A stretch of 64,000 nt of DNA from Chthoniobacterales bacterium (GCA_038207335.1 JBBQZX010000008.1:96001-160000); one strand, 5' to 3'; positions 39,671 through 49,444 are shown, numbered from the stretch's first letter. The notes: generated from the letters alone by a model not told the origin. Program-made: numbers and translations.

Positions 39671-41295
39671 GCGGCGCGCTGCTCATCGACGGGCTCGTCA
39701 TCGTCGCTTACTTCGCCGTCGTCATCTCGATCGGCCTCTACAAAGGCCGCGGCGATACCTCGATGGAAGGCTTCGCGACGGGCAACCGCAGCATCCCGTG
39801 GTGGGCCGTGCTCGCCTCGATTCTCGCGGCTGAAATCAGCGCCGCGACATTTCTCGGCGCGCCCGGCGAGGGCTACGCGCTCCGAAATTTTACATACGCG
39901 CAGCTCGCGATCGGCACGATCCTCGCCCGCATCATCATCGCGTTCCTTTTCATCAAGCCGTACTACGACTACCGCGTCGTCTCGATCTACGAATTCCTGC
40001 TCGTGCGCTTTGGCACGAACACGAAAAACGCGGCGTCCGCCGTCTTCCTCGTCACGCGCGCGCTCGCCAGCGGCACGCGGCTCTACGTGGCCGCGGTTGT
40101 CCTCGTGCTCGGGTATGAAATGCTGACCGGCACGAAACTCGAGCCCTTTCAGGAGGTATGGATTTACGTCGGCGCGCTCACGTTTCTCACCGCCGTCACC
40201 GCCGTCTATACCGCGCTTGGAGGCATCAAGGCCGTCGTCTGGACCGACGTGATCCAGGCCACGATCATGTTCGGCGCGCTCGGCTTCGCGATCTACACGC
40301 TGCTCGGCCACATCCCCGGCGGGTGGGCGGGCGTGCAGAAAACGCTGACGGGCTCGAGAGACCTCGCATTTTTCGACAGCGGAATCGTCGCCGGAAAAGG
40401 CGTCTGGCTGAACGTGAAAGGAATCCTCGAAAGCGAATACACGATCTGGGCTGCGATCTTCGGCTCGACCTTCCTGACGATGGCCACGCACGGCACCGAT
40501 CAGGACATGGTGCAGCGGATGCTGACCGCGAAAGATCACGTCCGCAGCCGCCTGGCTCTGATTCTATCAGGCCTCGCGGACCTCCCGATCGTGATGTGCT
40601 TCCTTCTCGTCGGCATTTTCCTGTGGGCATTCTACGGGCGGGAGGGGATGCAGCATCCGTTCGCGCATTACATTTTGGAGGAAATGCCGACGGGCGTCCG
40701 CGGCCTTCTCGTCGCCGGGATTTTCGCGACCGCGATGGGCTCGCTGAGCACCGCGCTGAATGCGCTCGCGACGAGCTTCACGGAGGATTGGTATACGCCC
40801 TACATCCGGCCGGGCGCGACCGATCGGCAGGTCGTCCGCGCGGCGCGGCTGAGCACGGTGGCGTTCTCGGTCATCCTCATCGTCATCGGCTCGCTCACGG
40901 CCTACGCGGTCATTATTTTGCACTCGCGGATCATCCCGATCGTGCTCGGCATTTTCGGCTACACGTACGGCTCGCTGCTAGGCGTCTTCCTCGTCGGGAT
41001 GCTCACGCGCACACGCGGCGACAACCGCGGAAATCTCATAGCGATGCTCGCTGGCTTCATCTTCGTGGCGATCCTCAGCGGCCTGCACAATGACATCTGG
41101 GCGTTGCTGCATCCGACGTTGGCCGGTGCCGAAAAGCTGCCGCCGCTGTGGAAACCGGAGTGGCTTCCCGCGATCGAATTCCCGTGGCGCATCATGTTCG
41201 GCACTTTCCTCACATTCGGAATCGCGGTCTGCTTTCGCACGCCGTCCGCGCAAATCGACGCCGCCCGCGCCCACGTCGCCAAACACGCGGCGTGA
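39667..41295 (+). CDS. Sodium:solute symporter family transporter
   Basis: IPWWAV..S..A.E.SA.TF, GGIKAVVWTDVIQ, DQDMVQR; about 13 TMs. Confidence 0.93.
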   Translation: MSGALLIDGLVIVAYFAVVISIGLYKGRGDTSMEGFATGNRSIPWWAVLASILAAEISAATFLGAPGEGYALRNFTYAQLAIGTILARIIIAFLFIKPYYDYRVVSIYEFLLVRFGTNTKNAASAVFLVTRALASGTRLYVAAVVLVLGYEMLTGTKLEPFQEVWIYVGALTFLTAVTAVYTALGGIKAVVWTDVIQATIMFGALGFAIYTLLGHIPGGWAGVQKTLTGSRDLAFFDSGIVAGKGVWLNVKGILESEYTIWAAIFGSTFLTMATHGTDQDMVQRMLTAKDHVRSRLALILSGLADLPIVMCFLLVGIFLWAFYGREGMQHPFAHYILEEMPTGVRGLLVAGIFATAMGSLSTALNALATSFTEDWYTPYIRPGATDRQVVRAARLSTVAFSVILIVIGSLTAYAVIILHSRIIPIVLGIFGYTYGSLLGVFLVGMLTRTRGDNRGNLIAMLAGFIFVAILSGLHNDIWALLHPTLAGAEKLPPLWKPEWLPAIEFPWRIMFGTFLTFGIAVCFRTPSAQIDAARAHVAKHAA

Positions 41296-41760
41296 GTAGG
41301 ATTCGGCCCCGGCGGGGGTCTTAGTTCGGTGTGGCCGGGTAAAAAACTCCCGTCACTACGGTCAATCGAAAAATCCGGCCAGGAAGCGAAAAAAATTAGG
41401 CAAATTCGGGGAATTCTCTTGGCGATTTGGAGACGCAAAAATAGGCTCACGCTCGCAACGGCGGGGATAAAATACCCCTGTTAATAACTTGTGAATAGCA
41501 CCCAAAAACTACGCATCTCCAAATCATTCCCGCTTCTGCAAAGGGCGCGCGGGGATTCGGTCGCGATTGTGACGGTGAGATCAGCGTTCCACGTTACATC
41601 ATCCGATAAACTGCTGAACATCAGATATTTGAACGAAGCATCTTGCAGTGTTCGACGTGACAGACGTAACGCGCAGGTGAACTTTGCACGGCTTTTACGC
41701 GGCTCAATTTCAGTATTTTAACGTCCTTTACCCCCATATTTCCACTGTGGATAAACCCCT
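41296..41760. promoter_or_regulatory. Probable oriC / dnaA regulatory region
   Basis: AT-richer 450-bp gap before dnaA; DnaA-box-like CGGGGATAA (41462), TGTTAATAA (41479), TGTGAATAG (41490), TTACCCCCA (41728) and perfect TGTGGATAA (41746-41754). Confidence 0.7.
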
Positions 41761-43132
41761 CCAAAACGGCCAATTAACGAGCGCTTGGCGCGAGATTTCC
41801 GTCTCGGTGAAAACCGAGATCGGCGCGGGCAATTTCGACCGCTGGTTCAAGGCCGTCGAACTCGTCGGTTTGGACGATAAAACGCTAGCCCTGCGCGCCC
41901 CGAGCAACATCTTCCAATTCTGGATCGAGAGTAACTACATGCCGATCCTGCGTTCCGCCACGATGCTCGCGGTCGGTGGCCCGCGCGAGGTCACTTTCGT
42001 CTTCAGCGGCGAAGTGGACGAGTCGATCGCGCCCGAGGAAATCGAGCCCGCAGCCGAGATCGACGAGCCCACTCTGCCGGTGGCGGAAGCGCCGGAAGAG
42101 CCGGTCGCGTCGAACGGGATGAACCCGCGCAATACGTTCAAGACATTCGTCGTGGGTGCTAACAGCGAGTATGGCCACGCCGCGTGCCTCGCGGTCGCGA
42201 ACGCGCCCGGCAAGACCTACAACCCGCTTTTCATCTACGGCAGAGTCGGGCTCGGGAAGACGCACCTGCTGAATGCGATCGGCCACCACATCGGCACGCG
42301 CAAGAAGGGCGGCAAAGTCCTCTACGTTTCCAGCGAGCACTTCACGAACGACTTCATCGACGCGCTGAAAAACAATTCGCTCGTGAAATTCCGCAAACGC
42401 TACCGGCAGGCGGACGTGCTGCTCATCGACGACATCCAATTTTTCGCAGGCAAAGAGCGCTCACAGGAAGAGTTTTTTCACACCTTCAATGCGCTCTTCG
42501 ACGGGCATAAACAGATCGTCCTGTCGAGTGATCGCCCGCCGTCCGAGATCGCGAATCTCGAGCAGCGGCTCGTCTCCCGTTTCGAGTGGGGGCTCACCGC
42601 CGAACTCCAGCCGCCCGACATCGAGACGCGCCTCGCCATTCTCCAGAAAAAGAGCGAGACGCTCGCGGTGAAGCTCGACGCCGCGACGCTGCAATATCTC
42701 GCGGACAACATCCGCATGAACGTCCGCCGGCTCGAAGGCGCGCTCATGCGCGTCGCCGGTTTCGCCTCTTTGAATGGGCACGCGCCGACACGGGAGCGCA
42801 TCGAGCATTTGCTCAGAGACATCCTCCAAGAAGAGGCACGGCGCGCGATCACCATCGAGCAAATTCAGCGCAAAGTGGCCGAGCATTTCGACGTACGCCT
42901 CGCCGACATGACGAGCAAGCGCCGCCCGCAAAACATCGCCTTTCCCCGCCAGATCGCGATGTATCTCGCTCGCGAGCGCACGCGGCAATCGCTCAGCGAA
43001 ATTGGCGACCAATTCGGCGGGCGCGACCACGGCACCGTCCTTCACGCGCATCGGCTCGTGAAAAACAAAATGCTCGCCGACGACAAAACGCGGCAGGTCG
43101 TCTCCTTCCTCGACACGCAACTCGACCGCTGA
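41747..43132 (+). CDS. dnaA: Chromosomal replication initiator DnaA (GTG start inferred)
   Basis: YNPLFIYGRVGLGKTHL, LLIDDIQF, SRFEWGL, GGRDHGTV. Confidence 0.97.
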   Translation: MDKPLQNGQLTSAWREISVSVKTEIGAGNFDRWFKAVELVGLDDKTLALRAPSNIFQFWIESNYMPILRSATMLAVGGPREVTFVFSGEVDESIAPEEIEPAAEIDEPTLPVAEAPEEPVASNGMNPRNTFKTFVVGANSEYGHAACLAVANAPGKTYNPLFIYGRVGLGKTHLLNAIGHHIGTRKKGGKVLYVSSEHFTNDFIDALKNNSLVKFRKRYRQADVLLIDDIQFFAGKERSQEEFFHTFNALFDGHKQIVLSSDRPPSEIANLEQRLVSRFEWGLTAELQPPDIETRLAILQKKSETLAVKLDAATLQYLADNIRMNVRRLEGALMRVAGFASLNGHAPTRERIEHLLRDILQEEARRAITIEQIQRKVAEHFDVRLADMTSKRRPQNIAFPRQIAMYLARERTRQSLSEIGDQFGGRDHGTVLHAHRLVKNKMLADDKTRQVVSFLDTQLDR

Positions 43133-43152
43133 CCGGCGGCGACTTTTTTTGA

Positions 43153-43217
43153 CCGCGGATTATGCCAATTTCGCGGATGAGATTTCTTGAAATCCGCGTC
43201 CTCCGCGCAATCCGCAG
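43153..43217. repeat. Inverted nonamer repeats between dnaA and dnaN
   Basis: CCGCGGATT-ATGCCAATT-TCGCGGATG faces AATCCGCGT-CCTCCGCGC-AATCCGCAG. Confidence 0.6.
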
Positions 43218-43283
43218 TCGCTGGCCAAAAGTGATTGCGTCGCGGGAGGCATTCATTCATCTACCCACCCACCGTTTTTCCCT

Positions 43284-44378
43284 ATGAAAATTAGCGTCAG
43301 CAAAGAGAAGCTCCTCGAAGGCCTGCAGACCGTCCAAAACGTCGTTAGCACGCGCACCACGCTCCCGATTTTGTCGAACGTCCTGCTGCAAGCGGACAAC
43401 GGAAAACTCCGCCTCACCACCACTGACCTCGACGTCGGCGTGAGCGGCTCCGTCGATGCCCAAATCGAGAAGCCCGGCGCGACCACACTGCCCGCGAGGC
43501 GTCTTGCCACCATCGTCCGCGAGCTGCCGGCGAGCGAAATCCAGATCGAGATCGACTCGAAAAACGTCGCCTCGATTCGGTGCGGACAGAGCTTTTTCAA
43601 GATCAACGGATTGCCCGAGGAAGAGTTCCCGCCGCTGCCGCAATTCGCCGGTGCGAAGGAATTCAAAATCCCGCAAAAAGAGCTGCGCGACGCGCTCAAG
43701 AAAACCGCCTATGCGATCTCGACGGACGAGACGCGTTACGTCCTTAACGGCATCCTTTTCTCTTTCAAGGAGAACAAGCTCACGATGGTCGCGACCGACG
43801 GACGCCGTCTCGCGCTAGTCGATCTGGAGATGGAATTTCCGCGCAGCGATGAGGCCGAAATCATCGTCCCGACAAAGTGCGTGACCGAACTCGGACGGCT
43901 GATGGGCGGCGAAGGCGACGTCAAAATGAGCGTCGGAGAAAATCAGGTCGCGTTCGATATTAACGGCACGCTGCTCGTCTCGAAACTCATCGAGGGGAAC
44001 TACCCGAACTACCGGCAGGTCATCCCCGGCGAGGCCAAAGAGCGCATCACGCTCGAGCGCGAGCAGTTTCACAACGCCGTGCATCGCGTCTCGCTGCTCG
44101 CGAGCGAGAAGTCGAATTCGGTGAAGCTCGTCTTTACAAAAAACAATATCGAGATCGCCGCGAACACCCCTGACGTCGGCGAAGCGCGCGAGTCGCTCGC
44201 AGTTAACTACAAGGGGAAGGATTTCTCAATCGCGTTCAATCCGGAGTTCCTGATGGCACCGCTCAAAAACCTCCCGAATGACGAAGTTTTCCTCGATCTC
44301 ATCGACGAAATGAGCCCAGGCGTGATCAAAATCCAGAGCCCGTTTCTGTATGTGTTGATGCCGATGCGCATCAGTTGA
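43284..44378 (+). CDS. dnaN: DNA polymerase III beta clamp
   Basis: TLPILSNVL, ATDGRRLA, LIEGNYPNY, YVLMPMR. Confidence 0.97.
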   Translation: MKISVSKEKLLEGLQTVQNVVSTRTTLPILSNVLLQADNGKLRLTTTDLDVGVSGSVDAQIEKPGATTLPARRLATIVRELPASEIQIEIDSKNVASIRCGQSFFKINGLPEEEFPPLPQFAGAKEFKIPQKELRDALKKTAYAISTDETRYVLNGILFSFKENKLTMVATDGRRLALVDLEMEFPRSDEAEIIVPTKCVTELGRLMGGEGDVKMSVGENQVAFDINGTLLVSKLIEGNYPNYRQVIPGEAKERITLEREQFHNAVHRVSLLASEKSNSVKLVFTKNNIEIAANTPDVGEARESLAVNYKGKDFSIAFNPEFLMAPLKNLPNDEVFLDLIDEMSPGVIKIQSPFLYVLMPMRIS

Positions 44379-44460
44379 TTCTCCGGCCAGATTCTCTTTG
44401 CTTTCCCGCGAGGCCTCTGCGAAGAGTCTCGCCCCGCTGGTGAAAACCAGCGCCCCATTT

Positions 44461-44542
44461 GCTCACGTGGCGGAATTGGCAGACGCGTACGGCTCAGGAC
44501 CGTATGGGGCAACCCGTGGAGGTTCGAGTCCTCTCGTGAGCA
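44461..44542 (+). tRNA. tRNA-Leu (anticodon CAG); CCA not encoded
   Basis: Acceptor stem GCTCACG/CGTGAGC, D-arm GGCGGAATTGGCAGACGC, anticodon stem TACGG/CCGTA with loop CTCAGGA, long variable arm, T-arm GGTTCGAGTCC. Confidence 0.95.
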
Positions 44543-44551
44543 CTTTCTGCT

Positions 44552-44640
44552 GTAGCCGGGATCGGTGATCCCGGCACGACGGGACGCGGGAGCGGCGCTT
44601 GAAAAAAGCTCTTTTGCCGGGCTCACCCGGCGGGATCTAC
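44552..44640. repeat. GTAG-type REP-like palindrome pair
   Basis: GTAG start; perfect hairpin GCCGGGATC-GGT-GATCCCGGC; second hairpin GCCGGG-CTCA-CCCGGC; ends in CTAC. Confidence 0.7.
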
Positions 44641-44645
44641 AGCCG

Positions 44646-45125
44646 CTACTCGCTTTTCCGCGCAAGCGCGACCTTCCCGGTGCGCGTCAGGTCGGCGATT
44701 CCGAACGGCTCCATGAGCATCAGGAACTTCGAGATTTTGCTCTCATTGCCTGTCACCTCGATCGAGACGTTTTTGTGCTGCACGTCGATGATCTTCGCAC
44801 GGAAAATATCGCAGATTTGCAGCACCTCGGCGCGTGTCTCGGCGTTCACATTCACCCGCAGCAGCACGAGCTCGCGATCCACCGCCTCGCCCTCACGAAA
44901 GTCCTGAATTTCGATGACGTCGATGAGCTTATTGAGCTGCTTGGTCACCTGCTCGAGTACCGTGTCGTCACCGCGCACCACGATCGTCATGCGGGAGGTC
45001 GAGGGGTCGAGTGTCGGGCCGACGTTGAGGGTGTCGATATTGAAACCGCGCCCGCTGAACATGCCCGCAACGCGCGTCAGCACGCCGAACTTATTCTCCA
45101 CCAAAACGGAAATCGTGTGTCGCAT
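44646..45125 (-). CDS. ilvN: Acetolactate synthase small (regulatory) subunit
   Basis: MRHTISVLVENKFGVLTRVAGMFSGRGFNI, RTG-VAL. Confidence 0.95.
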   Translation of the reverse strand: MRHTISVLVENKFGVLTRVAGMFSGRGFNIDTLNVGPTLDPSTSRMTIVVRGDDTVLEQVTKQLNKLIDVIEIQDFREGEAVDRELVLLRVNVNAETRAEVLQICDIFRAKIIDVQHKNVSIEVTGNESKISKFLMLMEPFGIADLTRTGKVALARKSE

Positions 45126-45173
45126 AAAAGGGCGGCGAAGCTGGAGAAACCGCCGCGCGGCGTCAAACGCAAA

Positions 45174-45611
45174 TCAGCCGCACGCGGCGTCGTGGCGACC
45201 AGCGGCGTAGGCAGAGAAGACGCGACGGATTTCGTCGCGGACGCGGCGGAAAAACGCGAGCTGCTCGGTTTCAGTTCCGCTGGCGTGCGCGGGATCGTCG
45301 AAGCCCCAGTGGTGACGGTTCACCTGGCCGGGAAACATCGGGCACGCCTGGTCGGCATTTCCGCAGACGGTGATGACCGTCTCGACAGGCTGATCGAGAA
45401 ATTCGTTCAGGTGCTTCGAGCGATGCGCGGAGATGTCGATGCCGATTTCGCGCATGACTTCGATGGCGAGCGGATGCACGTATCCCGCCGGTTTCGATCC
45501 CGCGCTCGCGACGCGAAAACGATCGCCCGCGACCGAGCGCAGGATGCCTTCCGCGAGATGACTGCGGCACGAATTGCCGGTGCAAAGAACGAGAACGAGC
45601 GGCGCTTCCAT
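45174..45611 (-). CDS. arsC: Arsenate reductase, LMW-PTP/thioredoxin type
   Basis: [11 protein letters not shown]...ACP, WGFDDPA. Confidence 0.92.
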   Translation of the reverse strand: MEAPLVLVLCTGNSCRSHLAEGILRSVAGDRFRVASAGSKPAGYVHPLAIEVMREIGIDISAHRSKHLNEFLDQPVETVITVCGNADQACPMFPGQVNRHHWGFDDPAHASGTETEQLAFFRRVRDEIRRVFSAYAAGRHDAACG

Positions 45612-45615
45612 AGAG

Positions 45616-46284
45616 TTAGTGACTCTCGACTTTCCTGCAGCAACCCGGCGCCTGCACGCCGCAGCACGCGGGCACAGCGAGCAGCGCTCCGAGGATCGGC
45701 CCGGTGATGTAGATCCAGAGATTTTCGAGATGTCCACTCACGAGTGCGGGCGCGAGCGAGCGGGCGGGGTTCATCGACGCTCCGCTGATCGGCCCCGCGA
45801 ACATCGCCTCCAGCGCGATGACCGCACCGACCGCCACGCCCGCGGTGATGCCCTTCTCTTTTGCCCCGGTCGAGACGCTCAGGATCACGAGCATGAGGAA
45901 AAAAGTGAGCACGGCCTCGAGGATGAGACTCTGCATCGCCGTGCCCGCAGGCAGCGTCGCGCCGAGCGTCGGTGCCGTGGGAAAAAGCACGCGCAGCAGC
46001 CCGCTCGCAGCAAATGCGCCGAGCATCTGCGCCGTGAGATAGCCGGGCACGGATCGCGCGGGGAATTTGCGCGCAGCGGTAAACGCGATCGTCACGGCGG
46101 GATTGAAATGCGCGCCGCTCACGTCGCCGAACGTGTAGATCATCGCCATCACGATGAGGCCGAAAGTCATCGCGACTCCCGCGTGCGTGATCGCCCCGCC
46201 GCTCACATGATCGATGACGATCGCTCCCGTCCCCGCGAAGACGAGCGCGAACGTACCGAGGAATTCCGCGAAGAGTGTTCTCAT
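45616..46284 (-). CDS. MIP family aquaporin/aquaglyceroporin in the ars operon
   Basis: [23 protein letters not shown]; Cys-rich tail. Confidence 0.93.
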   Translation of the reverse strand: MRTLFAEFLGTFALVFAGTGAIVIDHVSGGAITHAGVAMTFGLIVMAMIYTFGDVSGAHFNPAVTIAFTAARKFPARSVPGYLTAQMLGAFAASGLLRVLFPTAPTLGATLPAGTAMQSLILEAVLTFFLMLVILSVSTGAKEKGITAGVAVGAVIALEAMFAGPISGASMNPARSLAPALVSGHLENLWIYITGPILGALLAVPACCGVQAPGCCRKVESH

Positions 46285-46646
46285 TTTGCGTGGGGGGTGG
46301 TGGAAAGTTCGGCCAGCCATTCCATTTTCGGACGCATCTTCGCGAGCCGCTGGAGGTCGCGCTTGAAAACGGCGTGCGTCTGCACGCAATCCTGAAGGCA
46401 CCGGAGATTGGCTTCGAGTTCGGCGGTGCGTTTCGCAGGGAGGGCATAGATCATCCAGTTCTGATACCGCTCGGCACGCACCAGGCCGCGCGTTTTCAGG
46501 TATGCGAGATGTTTAGAAATCCGCACCTGCGGCTCACCGAGCAGCTCCTGCACATGGCAGACGCACAGCGGCCCCTGCGCGATCAGATTGATGATCCGCA
46601 GCCGCGTTTCGTCGCAGAAGCATTCGTAGATTTGGACGAGTTCCAC
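46281..46646 (-). CDS. arsR: ArsR/SmtB family metalloregulator
   Basis: DETRLRI, LCVCH, ISKHLAYL. Confidence 0.92.
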   Translation of the reverse strand: MELVQIYECFCDETRLRIINLIAQGPLCVCHVQELLGEPQVRISKHLAYLKTRGLVRAERYQNWMIYALPAKRTAELEANLRCLQDCVQTHAVFKRDLQRLAKMRPKMEWLAELSTTPHAK

Positions 46647-46771
46647 GCCGGCAGTCTGGCTCGCATTCTAAATTCTGCAACAGGTATATACCAATCGGCG
46701 AATACTGGTTTCCGCTAGCTGCTGAAATTTGCAGTTCAATCTTCTGCCTCTTTTCACCGACAATCCGCGCG

Positions 46772-47902
46772 ATGAAATTCTTCCACTCCCTCACCGCCGT
46801 TGCTGCGATCTTTAGTGCCATGAGCATTTCCGCCCGAGCTGCCGACCTCGATTTCTACGTCGGCACGTACACCAAGAAAGACGCGAGCCGAGGGATTTAT
46901 CATTTCAAACTCAATGCGGAAACCGGCGTGGCGAGCGGCGGGGAACTCGCGGGGGAGACGGCGAGCCCGAGCTTTTTGGCGATCCATCCGAATGGGAGGT
47001 TTCTCTACTCGGTCGGCGAAGGCGCCCCCATGGCGGGGAAGAAGGGCGGGCCGGTCAGCGCGTTTGCGATCGGCGCGGATGGGAAGCTCGCGCTGCTCGA
47101 CCAGCAGGCGTCCGGCGGCGATGGCGCGTGCCACATCAGCATCGGCGAGGCAGGAAAAAATGCGTTCGTCGCGAACTACGGCGGCGGGAGCATCGAGGCG
47201 CTGCCAATCGAGGCGGATGGGAAGCTCGGCGAGCCGTCGGATTTTATCCAGCACACCGGCACCGGGCCCGACAAGGCGCGGCAGGAGAAGCCGCACGCGC
47301 ACAGCATCTACGAGCACGGCGGACGCGTTTACTCGTGCGACTTGGGGACGGATCACGTCGATATTTACAAGCTCGATCTGGCCACCGGAAAGCTGACTCC
47401 GAACGAGCCGCCGTTCGCGATAGTCGCGCCGGGGACGGGGCCGCGACACCTCGCCTTTCACGGCGACCACTGCTACGTGATCGGCGAGCTGAAAAACACA
47501 ATCACGGTGCTCAAAGTCGATTCAGCGAACGGCGCTCTCGTGCCGCAGCAGACAATCTCGACGCTCCCGAACGACTACTCGGGGAAGAACTCGACGGCGG
47601 AAATCTTCGTGCATCCGAATGGCAAATTTCTCTACGGCTCGAACCGGACGCACGACACGATCGCGGTGTTTTCGATCGCGGCTGATGGGTCGATCGGACT
47701 GCTGGAGCACGTCAGCACGCGAGGAAAGTCGCCGCGCAATTTTGCGATTGATCCGACCGGCGGCTGGCTGCTCGCGGCGAATCAGGACACCAACAACATC
47801 GTGATTTTCAAGATTGAGGCAGCGACAGGTCACCTCACGCCGACGGGCCAGGAATTGAAGGTCGGCGCGCCGGTGTGCATCGCGTTCGTGCCGGTGAAGT
47901 GA
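46772..47902 (+). CDS. Lactonase family (6-phosphogluconolactonase/cycloisomerase 2) beta-propeller with signal peptide
   Basis: YVGTYT, ANYGGG, RQEKPHAH, DLGTD, GPRH, SNR, PRNF. Confidence 0.9.
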   Translation: MKFFHSLTAVAAIFSAMSISARAADLDFYVGTYTKKDASRGIYHFKLNAETGVASGGELAGETASPSFLAIHPNGRFLYSVGEGAPMAGKKGGPVSAFAIGADGKLALLDQQASGGDGACHISIGEAGKNAFVANYGGGSIEALPIEADGKLGEPSDFIQHTGTGPDKARQEKPHAHSIYEHGGRVYSCDLGTDHVDIYKLDLATGKLTPNEPPFAIVAPGTGPRHLAFHGDHCYVIGELKNTITVLKVDSANGALVPQQTISTLPNDYSGKNSTAEIFVHPNGKFLYGSNRTHDTIAVFSIAADGSIGLLEHVSTRGKSPRNFAIDPTGGWLLAANQDTNNIVIFKIEAATGHLTPTGQELKVGAPVCIAFVPVK

Positions 47903-47950
47903 AGGCGAAGAGCGTTGCACTCGCTCCGCTGAAATTTCACCCTCCCCGCG

Positions 47951-48826
47951 ATGAGAAGCATGACCGGCTACGGCCGCGGCCAGAGCAGCGAAAACGGCAG
48001 TAAATTCAGCGTCGAGCTCAACTCCGTGAACCGGAAGCAGAGCGACGTGGTCGTGACGCTGCCACGCGAGCTGAGCGAACTGGAGCCGCGAGTGCGCGAC
48101 GTAATCAATGCCGAGGTCGCGCGCGGCCGGCTCAATGTCGTCGTGGCATTTCATCGCGGCGCGAGCACCGCGCCGAAGCTGGCGCTCGATGCCGAACTCG
48201 CGCGCACATTTTACCAGTCGATGCTCGACCTGCAGCGCGAGCTCGGTGCTCCCGGCGAGGTGAGTATCGAGACGGTGCTACGCGCGCCGGGCGTGCTGAG
48301 GCAGCCGGAGGAGGCGCTCGCGGTCGATGAATCCTGGCCGCACGTCGAGGCGGCGCTGAAGGAGGCGCTGCGCGATCTCGTGAAGATGCGCGAGCAGGAG
48401 GGAAAGCATCTCGCGAAGGATTTGATCAAGCGGCTGAAGCTCGTACGCGAGTCGATCCGCAAGATCGCGAAACTGCAGCCGAATGTGGTGAAGCGTTACC
48501 GCCAGTCGCTGCACGACCGCATCGCTCGTGCGGGGATCGATCTGCCGCTCGACGATGAGCGGCTCACGAAAGAGGTCATCTTTTTCGCGGAGAAAAGCGA
48601 CATCACCGAGGAACTCACGCGGCTCGACAGCCACTTCGCGCAGTTCGCGCACCACTTGAGAAAAAACGAGCCGGTCGGGCGGACGCTCGAGTTCATGAGC
48701 CAGGAGATCGGGCGGGAATTCAACACGCTCGGCGCGAAGGCGAACGATGTCGAAATCTCGCAGCTCGTGGTCGGCTGCAAGTCGGAGATGGAGAAAATCC
48801 GAGAGCAAATCCAGAACATCGAATGA
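47951..48826 (+). CDS. yicC: YicC/YloC family endoribonuclease
   Basis: MRSMTGYG, SVN, DITEELTRL, QE..RE.NT...K, EKIREQIQNIE. Confidence 0.95.
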   Translation: MRSMTGYGRGQSSENGSKFSVELNSVNRKQSDVVVTLPRELSELEPRVRDVINAEVARGRLNVVVAFHRGASTAPKLALDAELARTFYQSMLDLQRELGAPGEVSIETVLRAPGVLRQPEEALAVDESWPHVEAALKEALRDLVKMREQEGKHLAKDLIKRLKLVRESIRKIAKLQPNVVKRYRQSLHDRIARAGIDLPLDDERLTKEVIFFAEKSDITEELTRLDSHFAQFAHHLRKNEPVGRTLEFMSQEIGREFNTLGAKANDVEISQLVVGCKSEMEKIREQIQNIE

Positions 48827-48838
48827 GCCCTGCGCCTC

Positions 48839-49444
48839 ATGGTTGAGTTTCGCCGCCACGGGATTTTATTCGTCGTCTCCGCGCCATCGGGCGCGGGGAA
48901 AAGCACGCTGCTGAATGCGCTGCGGCCCGGCGCGGATTTCATCTATTCCGTTTCCTGCACGACTCGTGCGCCGCGGCCGGGCGAGTTGGATGGGGAGGAT
49001 TATTTTTTTCTCACGACGGCGCAATTCGAGGAGCGGATCGCGGCGGGCGAGTTCATCGAATACGCGAATGTGCACGGGCAATTTTACGGCACACTGCGCG
49101 AGACGGTGATGCGCAACTTGAGCGAAGGCGTGGACGTGCTCGTCGATATCGATGTGCAGGGCGCGCGCAGCATCCGCGGCGATTGCGAGGCGATCAGCGG
49201 CGCGCTTGCGGACATTTTCATCATGCCTCCGGACCTCGAAGAGCTGCATCGGCGACTGCTGAAGCGAGGGACGGAAACGGAGGAGCAAATCGCGGTGCGG
49301 CTGAACGCGGCGTCCGCCGAGATGGCGGCGTGGCACGACTACAAATACACAATCATCACGGGCTCGGTGGAGGAGGACCTGGCGAAATTCCGCGCGATCA
49401 TGCGGGCGGAGCGATACCTCAGCCGGCGGCTGACGCTGCTATGA
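48839..49444 (+). CDS. gmk: Guanylate kinase
   Basis: SAPSGAGKST, SCTTRAPRPGE, YGT, IDVQGA. Confidence 0.96.
   Translation: MVEFRRHGILFVVSAPSGAGKSTLLNALRPGADFIYSVSCTTRAPRPGELDGEDYFFLTTAQFEERIAAGEFIEYANVHGQFYGTLRETVMRNLSEGVDVLVDIDVQGARSIRGDCEAISGALADIFIMPPDLEELHRRLLKRGTETEEQIAVRLNAASAEMAAWHDYKYTIITGSVEEDLAKFRAIMRAERYLSRRLTLL

Noticed and set aside
41649..41662. TGTTC-GACG-TGACA as a LexA-like site upstream of dnaA
   Set aside because: Two mismatches in one half-site; chance match likely
44461..46646. tRNA-anchored genomic island carrying the ars genes
   Set aside because: No integrase, no duplicated tRNA 3' end seen, and housekeeping ilvN lies between the tRNA and ars
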